From positions 12,709,078 through 12,773,077 of the forward strand of contig NC_068994.1 in assembly GCF_001194135.2 (NCBI RefSeq): DNA of 64,000 nt, read 5' to 3'. The stretch's first letter is position 1, and each line of letters opens with the position of its first letter. Shown here in pieces: positions 1 through 12,243 of the stretch. Under the pieces are notes generated by a model, which was not told where the DNA came from, did not search any database, and saw nothing but the letters and a program-made list of their open reading frames with translations. The position numbers and the translations under genes are program-made. This stretch comes from Octopus bimaculoides. Its lineage: Eukaryota.

Positions 1-19
1 GCCGATCTGCCAATACTGG

Positions 20-205
20 TTGTCAAGTAGTATTGCCCGCGCGCACACATACACATGGTGGGCTTCCATACAGTTTCCGCCTACCAAATTCACTCAGGGC
101 ATTGCCGGTTCTGTGCTACCGTAAAATACGTTTGTCCTAAGTGCAGCGCAGTGGGATTGATCCCGAAACCATATGGTTGCAAATCAAGCTTCTTAACCAC
201 ACAGC
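20..205 (-). mobile_element. tRNA-derived SINE family A, diverged partial copy
   Basis: Matches the family A head and body (cttaaccacacagc; tttccgcctaccaaattcactca). Confidence 0.7.
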
Positions 206-573
206 AGCTTTATTTTAATACATACGACCTATTAGAAATATCGGCCAGATTTCTCCAGATCTCGTCTTATATATAATAGGTTTGTCATGTATTCTACCGT
301 CTTTGCTTACAGGCAGAGTCCACGTGGAGCTAAACACTTTACACAAATAGTGTTTTTTCAATAATAGACTGCGAACCCATAATCTACATAATCACGACTA
401 CTTTTACAGAAATCTGGCGAAAGTTCTGTCCTAAAGCATGGCACGCTGGGTAGTTTGCATGGAAGTCACAGGGGCCCCTAAATTTTTGAGTCCACCAGGG
501 GCCCGATGCTAATTTATTTTGATCTAGAGAATATGGCCACGGGCATATGGCGTAGTGGTTAAAGGCGCGGGCT

Positions 574-1509
574 GTTACATAAAAATCTGGAGTCCTGGAT
601 CTGATGAACTCATTCAACGCACTTTCCGCATCGGTTTGATTTTTGAACTCCTTCTCTCGCAAGAAACCATCAAGGTGCTTGAAAAAGTGGTAGCCGGTAG
701 GATAAAAGGTCTGGGTAATAAGCTGAGTGGGGAAGAACTTCATAACCAAGTTCCCTCAACTTTTGGAGCGTCATTAGTGAAATGTGTGGTCGAGCATTTC
801 ATGAAGAATGATTGGCCCTCTTCTGTTGACCAGTCTGGGATGGAGGAGTAGCAGTTTTTCATTTTGGCAATTTCATGGTAATATGTTTCTGCAGTAATGG
901 TTTTTTGGGGGTTTTAATAAGTTATTGTGGATAAGTCCAACAGCAATATACCACCAAAGAGTCACCATAACCTTTTTGAAGAGCTCGGGTTTAGGGAAGG
1001 TTTTTGGTGCTTCATTTTGGTCCAATCACTGCGAAGAACGTTTTTTATTATTGTACAGAATCCACTTTTCTTCGCAAGTTACAATACGATCGAGAAATGT
1101 ATTAGTCTGGTTACAGAGAAGAAGCGACAAGCAAATTTCATATCTGCGCATTTTCTGATTTTCATTCAAATCGTGTGGTACCCATTTATCGAACATGCAA
1201 ATGGTTGCAGGCAGTTTTCTGGCTAACTTAAAGTTCTTTTGCCAGTTCTCGAGTGGTTTCACGTAAATCTTTCTCAATGACGGTCTTTAATTGACCGTCA
1301 TCGATGACAGATAGGCGCCCACTACGCTCGCGATCTTCAAGGCTCAGGTCTCCATTGCGAAATCGTTTAAACCATTTTCGAGCTGACCACTCACTGGTCA
1401 TTTCCTTACCAAACGTTTCGTTGATATCGCGAGCAGTTTCAGCTGCTTTACGTTCTTTTTTGAAGTTGTATAGCAAAATTGTTCGAATATCGCGCTTTGA
1501 CAGTTCCAT
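574..1509 (-). mobile_element. Degenerate mariner (D,D34D-type) transposase, frameshifted and 3' truncated
   Basis: Three ORF pieces: HTH (RTILLYNFKKERKAAETARDIN...KWFKRFRNGDLSLED), WVPHDL plus VTCEEKW (decayed DEKW), ILH-NARPH with a 1-nt deletion, and YHFFKHLDGFLREKEF. Confidence 0.92.
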
Positions 1510-2387
1510 TTCAGATGATTAACAACGGTGACAAAATATCAATGTTAATTTATTGATGCATTTGAGCAAGTATATATGTCTGTATTATAAGACAATTGCA
1601 AAAAAAAAAAAATGTTTAAAATAATTCGAACCTCTGCAAAAATCCGATACAAATTCTTCATGGTTCAAAACGTTGTTTACTTTTTTAAATCAACCTGATA
1701 CATAGAAAAATACAAAATAACAAAACAAAAGAAAAAAAACGGAGCACACTCGGCTGGAACGCCTTCAATAATGGTTTCAAATTTTAGTACACGGTTAGCA
1801 ATTTTAGAGAGAGGAGTTTAATCGATTATATCAACCCCACTGCTCAACTGATACTTGTTTTGTCGACCCAGAAGGAATGTAAAGTTGACCTCGTACTTGG
1901 TCAGTCAGGTTTCACTTTAGAGTGAACAACAATCTGAAAGAAAACCGAGTTGATAAATACAGCAGCTAAACCTCTCTCGCATCATACTCCTATCGAATTC
2001 AAAATAGGACATATTTTATGTAACTCTTAATATCTAGAGGTTATCACTTCGTGCGCACCTGTTCACTAACTGAGCTGCTGTCCGATACACCTTTGATTCA
2101 TAGATCTGCTTGGTCCCAGCTGACCTGGGTTAAACAACTAATATGGATATCTCATGTTAACACTTAATTGCTTTTGAGACATTAGAGGTAGTCAGCTTGA
2201 ACTTAAAAAATAGAGGTTGTTAAATGAGAAATGTCAAAAACTTCGATAAATGAAGGGGGGGGGGACTTTAAAATTCATTCCTTTTGGTAGGCGTGGTGAG
2301 GTGTATTTTTTTCATAATGGTCTGGTGCACATAGAACCTTGTATGGCGATCTTTCGGAGAAAATCTATCAAAACTGAAAGTATTTGT

Positions 2388-2905
2388 TACTCTTTTACTT
2401 ACTTGTTTCAGTCATTTGACTGCGGCCATGCTGGAGCGCCGCCTTTAGTCGAGCAAATCGACCCCANNNNNNNNNNNNNNNNNNNNNNNNNNNNNNNNNN
2501 NNNNNNNNNNNNNNNNNNNNNNNNNNNNNNNNNNNNNNNNNNNNNNNNNNNNNNNNNNNNNNNNNNNNNNNNNNNNNNNNNNNNNNNNNNNNNNNNNNNN
2601 NNNNNNNNNNNNNNNNNNNNNNNNNNNNNNNNNNNNNNNNNNNNNNNNNNNNNNNNNNNNNNNNNNNNNNNNNNNNNNNNNNNNNNNNNNNNNNNNNNNN
2701 NNNNNNNNNNNNNNNNNNNNNNNNNNNNNNNNNNNNNNNNNNNNNNNNNNNNNNNNNNNNNNNNNNNNNNNNNNNNNNNNAGAAGCCTAGTACTTATTCT
2801 TTCGGTCTCTTTTGCCGAACCGCTAAGTTACGGGGACATAAACACACCAGCATCGTCGGTTGTCAAGCGATGATAGGAGGGACAAACACACACACATACA
2901 AACAT

Positions 2906-2938
<33 letters not shown>

Positions 2939-3098
2939 CGACGGGCTTCTTTCAGTTTCCGTCTACCAAATCCACTCACAAGGCTTTGGTCGGCCCGAGG
3001 CTATAGTAGAAGACACTTGCCCAAGATGCCACGCAGTGGGACTGAACCCGGGACCATGTGGTTGGTAAGCTAGCTACTTACCACACAGCCACTCCTGC
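2388..3098 (-). mobile_element. SINE family A, full length across a gap
   Basis: Tail tactcttttacttgtttcagtcatttgactgcggcc; head ccacacagccactcctgc; internal (TA/CA)n tract. Confidence 0.88.
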
Positions 3099-4072
3099 CA
3101 GCAATTTCCGTAAATTTTGTTGTTTTTTTTTTGTCTCGGGCGAATCCTTAAGTTTATGAACTTTTTGTGTTTGTATGTGTTTCTGTATGTATGTATGTAT
3201 GTATGTATGTATGTATGCATGCATATTTTTGTATCTAAGTGTATGTATATATTTTTGCATATGTATCATACATACATGCTCATAAACACGTACATACATA
3301 CATACATGCACATAAACACGTGCATATGTTTACATACACAAATACATAAACAGAAATAAAAAAAAACCAAACAATTACGGAAATTACCGAACAAATAACT
3401 TTGTTTTGATAGACTTTTTCCAAAGATCTTTCTTCCCTTTGTATGAAAACAGGTGTTTATGTTAATAGTTTGTTTATCAGTACATTTCCACGACTTTCTT
3501 ATTTACAAATTCATTGTCGGATAGTCAGTCAGTCGGTCAAAACATAACTTTCCTTCCTCTAGAATTCGAGCAACTGCCCTGGTTACATATTTGAACATCA
3601 TTAAATTGAAGTAAATTATTAAATTATTCCACTTGAGTTCCTACAGTAAAATGTTATTCCTTGTAAACATCGATTTTTCATTATATATGCACGCTTTAGT
3701 TTATAATTACGTAGTACATGTTGCTGTTTTGTCCCAGGTCAACCTTGACTGAACAGAGGCCTATTGCTCAGAAACGTTCATGTTGTGACCTTGATTTAAT
3801 TTTTTTTCTTTTCTTTTTGCACCAGACATAGTACATCAAGGACTACATATACAAACTGCCATTCCCTTTGCGTGTGCGCGTGTGCAATGCTGCGATGTAC
3901 GATATAATTTGTTCCCTGAGACCGCTCGTAAAGCAGAGCAATAATTTCCCATGGTAGCAATGTTATATAGGGAATTCGTTCCCTATAACATTTATAATAC
4001 TCGTAAATAAATTCCTATAAAACAACAGTAGAATGTGAAGAATGTAAAGTAAAAGAATGTCCAGATCATTTA

Positions 4073-4402
4073 TACTCTTTACTCTTTTACTTGTTTCAGT
4101 CATTTGACTGCGGCCATGCTGGAGCACCGCCTTTAGTCGAGCAAATCGACCCCATGACTTATTCTTTGTAAGCCTAGTACTTATTATATCGGTCTCTTTT
4201 GCCGAACCGCTAAGTTACGGGGACGTAAACACACCAGCTTCGGTTGTCAAGCGATGTTGTGGGGACAAACACAGACACTCAAACACACACACTCAAACAC
4301 ACACACAGACATACATATATACACGACATGCTTCTTTCAGTTTCCGTCTACCAGATCCACTCACAAGGCTTTGGTCGGCCCGAGGCTACAGTAGAAGACA
4401 CT
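4073..4402 (-). mobile_element. SINE family A, head lost in gap
   Basis: Near-identical to the 2388-3098 copy. Confidence 0.88.
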
Positions 4403-4877
4403 TNNNNNNNNNNNNNNNNNNNNNNNNNNNNNNNNNNNNNNNNNNNNNNNNNNNNNNNNNNNNNNNNNNNNNNNNNNNNNNNNNNNNNNNNNNNNNNNNN
4501 NNNNNNNNNNNNNNNNNNNNNNNNNNNNNNNNNNNNNNNNNNNNNNNNNNNNNNNNNNNNNNNNNNNNNNNNNNNNNNNNNNNNNNNNNNNNNNNNNNNN
4601 NNNNNNNNNNNNNNNNNNNNNNNNNNNNNNNNNNNNNNNNNNNNNNNNNNNNNNNNNNNNNNNNNNNNNNNNNNNNNNNNNNNNNNNNNNNNNNNNNNNN
4701 NNNNNNNNNNNNNNNNNNNNNNNNNNNNNNNNNNNNNNNNNNNNNNNNNNNNNNNNNNNNNNNNNNNNNNNNNNNNNNNNNNNNNNNNNNNNNNNNNNNN
4801 NNNNNNNNNNNNNNNNNNNNNNNNNNNNCTTTTTTCGCTCTCTATAAATTTCTCGGTGACACGCTGAAGCATTTGTT

Positions 4878-4961
4878 GGTGAAGGTAAAGGATACGCACA
4901 CCCGGTGTTTAAGGTTAGGGTTACGCCGAAAACGGGTGGTGTGCGTATTCTTTACCGCCGC
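4878..4961. mobile_element. 84-bp palindromic MITE with TTAGGG core
   Basis: Arms GGTAAAGGATACGCACAC / GTGCGTATTCTTTACC; 8-bp direct repeat CATTTGTT at 4870-4877 and 4962-4969; central GGTTAGGGTTA. Confidence 0.6.
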
Positions 4962-5095
4962 CATTTGTTACGACAGTAGAAACTTTTTGCACTTCGTTCA
5001 AAATGTTGATCTTTTGCTTGAAAAATTTATAATAAAATAAAACTCGCAAACCAGGAGTCTTGTAAAGCGAGTCCTCTTAAAATGAGGTATTACTA

Positions 5096-5143
<48 letters not shown>

Positions 5144-5465
5144 CACACACATGCATCCATATACACCCATCCCGCGCCGTGGTACCTTGGGCAAGTGTCG
5201 TCTGTTGTAACCTTGTGAGTGGATTTCGTAGGCGGAAGCTGTGTGTGTTACTGTCTCCTTGCCTTGGTATCACAAGACAGTTGTAAACGAGTGTTACTTT
5301 TATGCAAAGAGTGTCCTTCGTTTCCAGTATTATGTGAAAATAAGTCTGGCGAATATTTCGGTAAATTTTTACGAAGTATTACCTTACCTGGAAACTGGTG
5401 GAGATTGGCCACAGGAATGGCGTCCGACCATAGAAAATCTGCCTCTTCATGGAAAAGCAGACGTT

Positions 5466-5910
5466 GCGCAGGCGTGGCTGTGTGGTTCTAAGCTTGCTTC
5501 CCAACCACATGGTCCCGGGTTCAATCCCACTGCGTGGCACCTTGGGCAAGTGTCTTCTACTATAACCTCGGGCCGACCAAAGCTTGTGAGTGGATTTGGT
5601 AGACGGAAACTGAAAAAAAGCCCGCCGTTATATATATATATATATATATATAAACACACACACACACACACACGTGTGCCCCCCCCCCNNNNNNNNNNNN
5701 NNNNNNNNNNCCCCCCCCCAACCATCGCTTGACAACCGATGCTGGTCTGTTTATGCCCCCGTAATCTAGCGGTTCAGCATTCGGCAAAAGAAACCGATAG
5801 AATAAGTACTAGGCTTACAAAGAATAAGTTCTGGGGTCGATTTGTTCGACTGAAACCCTTTAAGGCGGTGCTCCAGCGTGGCCGCAGTCAAATGACTGAA
5901 ACAAATGAAA
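5466..5910 (+). mobile_element. SINE family A, full length
   Basis: A-box tggctgtgtggt, B-box ggttcaatccc, family tail gccgcagtcaaatgactgaaacaa. Confidence 0.88.
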
Positions 5911-6364
5911 GAATATATATATATATATATATATAAAAATTGATATATAATGTGTCCTTTCCAATTTTTAAGACGATGTGTAGAATTTCTAGCAGGTCGA
6001 CTTACCAACCACTTTGAGTCACGCCTTACCTTTTATCAAGTTGAACTCAGTTGAACTAAGCTAGATATAGAAATACTATTGTCGGTGTGTAACGAACGTG
6101 ACGTCCATTTTGTAATTGGTATGTATGAAATGTAACAATAAATAGTCGCATTTAAGAACATGGGCTGATTATCTGTAACTATAGTCAGAGGCACGTTCAA
6201 ATAAAATATATAAAGCACAAACTAACACGTTAACAGTGTGTAAATATTGTCAGGACATTTCTCTCGAAGGTTTTATTAACCTTGACTGTATGTCTTAAGC
6301 TGTACCACTCTTCTTTGTGATAGAAATAAGAGCAAATTTTGAATGTATTTCTAATTAGGCGTAA

Positions 6365-6715
6365 AGCCAATGATACCTTTTATCTTATTTCAATTGTCAG
6401 ACTGCGGCCTCGCTGGGGCACCGCATTGAGGAGTCTTTAATCGAAGGAGTACTTTTTTTTAAAGTCTGGTACTTATCCTATCGGTTTCTTTTGCTGAACC
6501 GCTAGGTTATCGGGACATAAACACAACGATGCCAGGCGATGGTGGGGGAAAAACATAGATACAAAGACGCACCCACACACATACACACGGCGGGCTTTCA
6601 GTTTCCGTTTGCCAAATCCTCTCACAGGCTTTGGTCAGCATGAGGCTATAGTAGAAGACACTTTTCCGAGGTGTCAGACTGAACCTAGAACCATGTGCTT
6701 GAGAAGCAAACTTGG
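6365..6715 (-). mobile_element. SINE family A, older copy
   Basis: Diverged match to the family A consensus seen in other copies. Confidence 0.75.
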
Positions 6716-6913
6716 CACATGGCCAGCGGTTTCGAGGAGTGGGGGCATAGTGCATCAGACTGACCGTCGTGCCCAACTGAAAGGATGAAAGGCAATGTTG
6801 TCTTTGGCGGCATTTGCTCTCAGTACGTAAATTTGGAAGAAAAGTCGCTGTGCATTTCTTCCAAATTTCTTCCATTTTGTTGGGCGATTCTGCCAGTTCG
6901 CCTCTTGATTACA

Positions 6914-7084
6914 TACTCTTTGACTTGTTTCAGTCATTTGACTGTGGCCATGCTGGAGCACCGCCTTTTAGTCGAGCTAATCGACCCCAGTACTTATTCT
7001 ATTAGTCTCTGTAGCCGAACCGCTAAGTTACGGAGACGTAAACACACATATACACACGCACATACACACACACACATATATATG

Positions 7085-7153
<69 letters not shown>

Positions 7154-7310
7154 GACGGGCTTCTTTCAGTTTCCGTCTACCAAATCCACTCATAAGGCTT
7201 CGGTCGGCCCGAGGCTATAGTAGAAGACACTTGCCCAAGGTGCCACGCAGTGGGACTGAACCTGGAACCATGTGGTTGGTTAGCAAGCTACTTACCTCAC
7301 GGCCACTCCT
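6914..7310 (-). mobile_element. SINE family A, full length
   Basis: Complete head-to-tail match with a long internal (TA)n tract. Confidence 0.9.
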
Positions 7311-7681
7311 CCTACATGATTAATATTTCACATATGTAATAACTTTCTTTCAAACCCAGTAACTAATACTAATTATAATAGCATTAGTTTATTTTATTTA
7401 TTTATTTGCCCGCAAGGATCCCAAGGCATGAGGGACAGTGGGTGGGGTATTTACATGGAAACAAGTAAAAAGTAACGAATAAACGATAATAAAATATGGG
7501 AACGGAAAGCCCCTCTACCTAGCATCAATCAAGTATTTTTTTCCCCTCTCTTCTAGTTGTTACTCTCTGTCCTGCAGTTGTATGCTGACATTAGGCCCGA
7601 CCACTTGGGTTTACTCCCCTTCTAACAAATTTACCGAGAAGCAATACCTCCTACGATCTACATGCAGTTTACTGTCCTCGA

Positions 7682-7742
7682 GAAACGAAAGTAAATTGTC
7701 CTAACGAAAGTGAAATGTAATTGTGACAGAAACCGAAAGTGA
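7682..7742 (+). promoter_or_regulatory. Cluster of three IRF-E/ISRE-like motifs
   Basis: GAAACGAAAGT (7682-7692), AACGAAAGTGAAA (7703-7715) and GAAACCGAAAGTGA (7729-7742). The last two match GAAANNGAAA. Function is inferred only. Confidence 0.4.
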
Positions 7743-7794
7743 TGACTGATAACCCAGAGTTAATGTAAATAATGTTATGTGATATAACCAATGT

Positions 7795-8305
7795 AAAGAA
7801 CACCATATGCCCTTCATGTCACTCTCTTCAGTGATATTTCCGATGCATATATTTGGCTTTGTCTATTTCCACAGTTGAGTGGTCGATCCTAACCCTAACC
7901 CTAAACACGTATTCATTTGCACACGCGGGTTAGGGATAGGGTTAGGGTTAGGGATATGGTTAAGGATAGGGTTAGGGCCGACCTCTCAAGACTAGCTAGC
8001 GCGGACGCGCGACTGCGCGTTCGGGTCCGCGCTGCTTTAGTAGTACCCCACAGTTGTGGGGGTTTCCTGCACCATCCAATCCACTGAATTGCTGTGGATC
8101 AGCCGAGCTTCCAAGTGTTGCTGGCATTCTTTCTAAAGAATGCCGTACTGCTCACATACTTCTCTCGGGAAATTGCACCAATCAGTCGTAGTATTATTAC
8201 TCACTTTTCGTTCAAAAATCATTTCGTTCCACGCATAGTTTCTTACACACATGCACATTAGTTGAATTATTATTGGTAGTCAGATTTCTCTTCTCCAAAA
8301 ACAAA
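7795..8305 (-). pseudogene. Merlin (IS1016/ISXO2-like) transposase relic, split by a 170-bp insertion
   Basis: Minus strand reads FLEKRNLT..IIQLMCMCVRNYAWNEMIFERKVSNNTTTDWCNFPREVCEQY..SGLDGAGNP[insertion]TVEIDKAKYMHRKYH*RE*HEGHMVF. This matches the Merlin DWxNFxREVC and VEIDESK..RKYHRG..G.WVFG motifs; stops and frameshifts are present. Confidence 0.82.
7878..8047. mobile_element. 170-bp insertion with inverted telomeric repeats and a GC hairpin
   Basis: 9-bp direct repeat CCACAGTTG at 7869-7877 and 8048-8056. (CCCTAA)n ... (TTAGGG)n arms are bounded by AGTGGTCG / CGACCTCT; stem GCGCGGAC...GTCCGCGC. Confidence 0.75.
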
Positions 8306-9165
8306 ACAAAAAATGTACAATTCATATAGATCTATCTATCTGTCTGTCTGTTTCGTTCTTTCTCTCACATAAATCAGGTTTTAAACTAATACAGAATCAT
8401 TAGTAGACTTTTTTACTCCAACATCCTACGTATTGGTGTGTGTGTCTAAATATGAGAGGTGGATTTTCATTCTTGGCTGATACTCATTGAACATATCTCT
8501 CTTTACTTAATTTCTCAGGTAGATTGTTTGCTACCGATAAAACTTGCCTCTCAAATTACAACTTCGGTAGGCAGGTGAGGAACGAATGTATTGCAGATAT
8601 TATTTACGTGAGAGGGCAACGTGTACATTTTTTTTTTCTTGTGTATATGTGGTTATTTTATTCACTCACCTCATGTGTGTATAACACACACATGTGCTCA
8701 CACATGTAATCTTTTATCTCTAAGATTGTAGCAATTTGGTAATTGTTCTCATAGACAATAATTCATAAATCTTGCAAGACTTTGGCAAACGCTAACAACA
8801 GCTTTCTTTCGTTCTTTTTTACAACCTCTCCGTCTGACTGTCTGCTTACGTTCGCGCTTCTGCATACCTAAATAACCATACAAACTTGAATGTAATGGTA
8901 GGTATTTACTCTCGCGCGCGCGTAATGTGTGTGTGTGTGTGTGTGTGAAAACAAACACCACACACACGTACACACTGCCGTACACATACGAGGAAACATA
9001 CGTACCCACACGCTGGCGGACAGACACGCGCCCATTCGCACGCACTCGTACAAACGTATGCACGTGTCTCGCTTTATCTTAGTGTTTCAAGTTAATTATT
9101 TAATCTGATCCTAAGGTAGGAACAGAGATGTAAGGCGATCTTACGGTCACCAGATGTAGTACATA

Positions 9166-9482
9166 CAGTACCGGGCCGCTTATCCGGCTTCCAGGTATCT
9201 GGGAATACTGTGTTTATACCGTGCAAACTATTGTATCCTGTATTGAGCAAAACAATCTTTTTTTAAGTTGTTTAATTTGCATACGGTGTTACAATGTTTT
9301 GTTCTTTATAAAGATTTAACATACCCTGCTTTAAAAGTGTATTAACATTTTAAATACCATTTAGCTCTGTACTTTTCATTGTTTATTTTATATTTTTAGC
9401 ATATATTTAGACTGTCTCTGGAAAATCCAGAAATCCGGGACACTTCTGGCCCTAATCTTTCCGGATGATTGGTTCGGTACTG
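9166..9482. mobile_element. pogo/Tigger-like MITE
   Basis: Imperfect TIRs CAGTACCGGGCCGCTTATCCGG / CCGGATGATTGGTTCGGTACTG, preceded by TA. Confidence 0.6.
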
Positions 9483-10841
9483 TGTAACGTGTTGAAAAGC
9501 CTCGATCATCGAAGATTATCCATGCAATTAGTTGGCAAAAAAACTCAAATGAAGTTTGTTTACTAACGACAAGCAATGGAGATTAGCTCCAATAAGATCA
9601 AAACTTTTGGACAATATTAACTATGTTGGTAAGATGGTGTTTCTTGGCTTTAAAGTCAGCTGACGAAGGTAACTAAGGCATGTTTGTCTTAGACCAGAAG
9701 CTTCTTGTCACACGGCATCAGTCCATGTGTTGTAAAGGGCTTCTCTTTGACATTCGTGTATTCCCATCATCATCGTTTAACGCCCAAATTTTCCATGCTT
9801 GAATGGATGAGACGAAATCTGTTGAGAAGATGTTTCTGCACTCTTCATGTCGCCAACCCTCACCTGTTTCTAACTAAGCAAGGTAGTATTTCTCCCTATG
9901 GCAAAGCATGTTTTTCGTAGAAGGCTAGAAACGAATTTGTATGACGGTGATATTCATTTACAATCATCTCGTGATCTCAAGGCAAAAGTCTTGTGTTAGT
10001 TATAATCCATTATTTTTAAGATAGCGTGTTAGTACATATATGTCAGCGGCATAAAGTACTCTATTCTCCCAAAATCAAATTTATACCATTAATTTGCTGA
10101 TCTACACTCAACTGAAGTTATCGCTTTTCTATGGCATTCCTTCTCTCCTACCTCTCTTTTTATTTCATTCATTCACTCACTTTCTCTTGTTTTCACACAT
10201 ACACATTTGCCCATCACCAATTTCTCTCTCTCTCTCTCGTCCTATTCTTTATTTTTCAGCTGTTTTTTTTTTTTGACACATACGCACTCACAAATTCTCT
10301 CGTAACTGTCTTACTGTGATGACTTGCATATTTATTTGTAATAGTTATTTTATTTTTTTTCTTTACACGAAGAGAGTTAGCTTTAGATTGTGAAGAGGGA
10401 AAAAACCTTCTTTTGTTCGTTTCCAAGTGTTTTCTCTTAATTCCCCCAATAATGAAAGATTTTGTTTTTTACCTCCTGTCGTTACGTGTCTGTGCCTCCT
10501 AACCTTTTAAATAGGAAACATATTAAATAACAGGTTTCTAATCTTGGCACAAGGCCAGCAATTACGAAAAAAGAGGTTAGTGTTTTATTTATCGTCCAAC
10601 ACCTTGAGGTTGAATTTTGTCGATGGAAACTGTGGAAACCCTCAGTGTGTGTGTGTGTGTGTGTGTGTCGGTATGTGCTTGGCTCGTTTGACAACCGGTA
10701 TTGGTTTATGTCCTTGTGAACTAGCAGTTTGGCCAAAGGGGCCGATCGAAAATGTAACCGACTTCAAAAATAAATACTGAAATTTATTTGTTCGACTAAA
10801 TCCTTCAATCTGGTGCCTCAGTATGGCCACAGTCCATAATT

Positions 10842-11041
10842 CAAGGTGGCCAGTGCTATATATTTGAATAACATAGATAAATACCGGTATGTTAGATAAA
10901 TTACAATGAAAAATTCTTAATTGCCATTTGGTAATTAAGACACATTCTCTCGAGGCGGAAATAATTTTAGAAATTTTTGCTGTAAGGTATTTAACATGCC
11001 GATATTTGTCTGTTATTCATAAATATGCCACTGGTCACATT
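10842..11041. mobile_element. Probable MITE
   Basis: Short imperfect TIRs CAAGGTGGCCAGTG / CACTGGTCACATTG; no clear TSD. Confidence 0.4.
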
Positions 11042-11955
11042 GAGTTATTTCTCTTGGCTCACTTTGTTCAAATACCAGGAGTACTTGTCTAGCTGTCTGC
11101 ATAGTTCTTTGGAGAGAGAGAGAGAGAGGTGGGGGGAGAAATATACAGGTATGGTTATAGGCAGTGATTGAAAGAGAGGAGAGAAAGAATGTGACAATAA
11201 TAGAATAGCGAACAAATAAGGCATTATTAACGAGTTGCTGGATGGTTTACAATACCTTGATCATACTATTACGTCGTTGCTCAAATTCAAGCTGTTTTAT
11301 TTATGTATTTCTTTTATTCTCCCCTCTTCAAACTTTAAATACCTATTAAAAAGTCGTAAGTTTATAATCTAATATTTGTAGTTCACTTGGCATAGCGATG
11401 TCTCCTATATTTAAGACCTTTCTTTTCTGAAAATGACCTAATTATTTTATATCAAGAAGTTATTTTGATGATTTCTTCTCCAATTTTTACTATGCCAGTT
11501 GGCAATAAAAATAAATTGGCCTTTTTGCAGTTTTTGGTGCAGAAAATAAGGACAGAAATTGCAATCCAGTGAAGTTTATGTATGGAAAACTATTTGTGCT
11601 ATAATATTTTACATCTTTCTGTAAAGAGAATAATTTATTTACTTGAAGGCTCCCCTAGACCTGTGAGATTGTTACCATTTGTATAGGCACAACATCGATT
11701 TTCCAGAGCCTTTAGTTCCAAAGACTTTCCGGATTACTGATTTTTTTCCGAATCAGGAGTGGTAGTCACCTTACTTAAATGATTTAAATGAAGCACAGAT
11801 TCCTGTACATTAGTATGAATTATATAAGTTTATTAATGCTGTACTTTGCAAGGTTCTAGTCTGATAAAGATACCAGTAAATAAACTAGCACTAGTTTGGC
11901 CACTGCGGGAATTTAAAGTTCCTGCTCGCAAATTAGTGTGGATTATAAGAGGTTC

Positions 11956-12243
11956 GGAGGCGCAATGGCCTAGTGGTTAGGGCAGCGGACTCGCGGTCGG
12001 AAGATCGCGGTTTCGATTCCCAGATCGGGCGTTGTGTGTGTTTATTGAGCGAAAACACCTAAAAGCTCCACGAGGCTCCGGCAGGGGATGGTGGCGACCC
12101 ATGTTGTACTCTTTCGCCCCAACTTTCTCTCACTCTTTCTTCCTGTTTCTTGAGTAACGCTGCGATGGACCGGCGTCCCGTCCAGCTGGGGGGAAACACA
12201 TATGTCATGGAAACCGGGCCCATGAGCCTGGCTAGGCTTTGAA
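11956..12243 (+). mobile_element. tRNA-derived SINE family B (variant tail)
   Basis: Head ggaggcgcaatggcctagtggttagggcagcggactcgcgg...ggtttcgattccc carries A and B boxes. Confidence 0.85.

Noticed and set aside
7889-7977. Interstitial telomere or chromosome-fusion scar
   Set aside because: Only a few degenerate units, bounded by element-specific inverted repeats and a 9-bp TSD; better explained as a transposon.
8519-8574. Isolated 56-nt exon-like segment (ttctcag|...CAG|gtgagg)
   Set aside because: Good splice sites, but no recognisable peptide or partner exon; it cannot be supported without RNA data.
11956-12030. tRNA genes (A/B-box heads here and at 541, 14018, 47798 and others)
   Set aside because: They run directly into SINE bodies and do not form complete cloverleaves.
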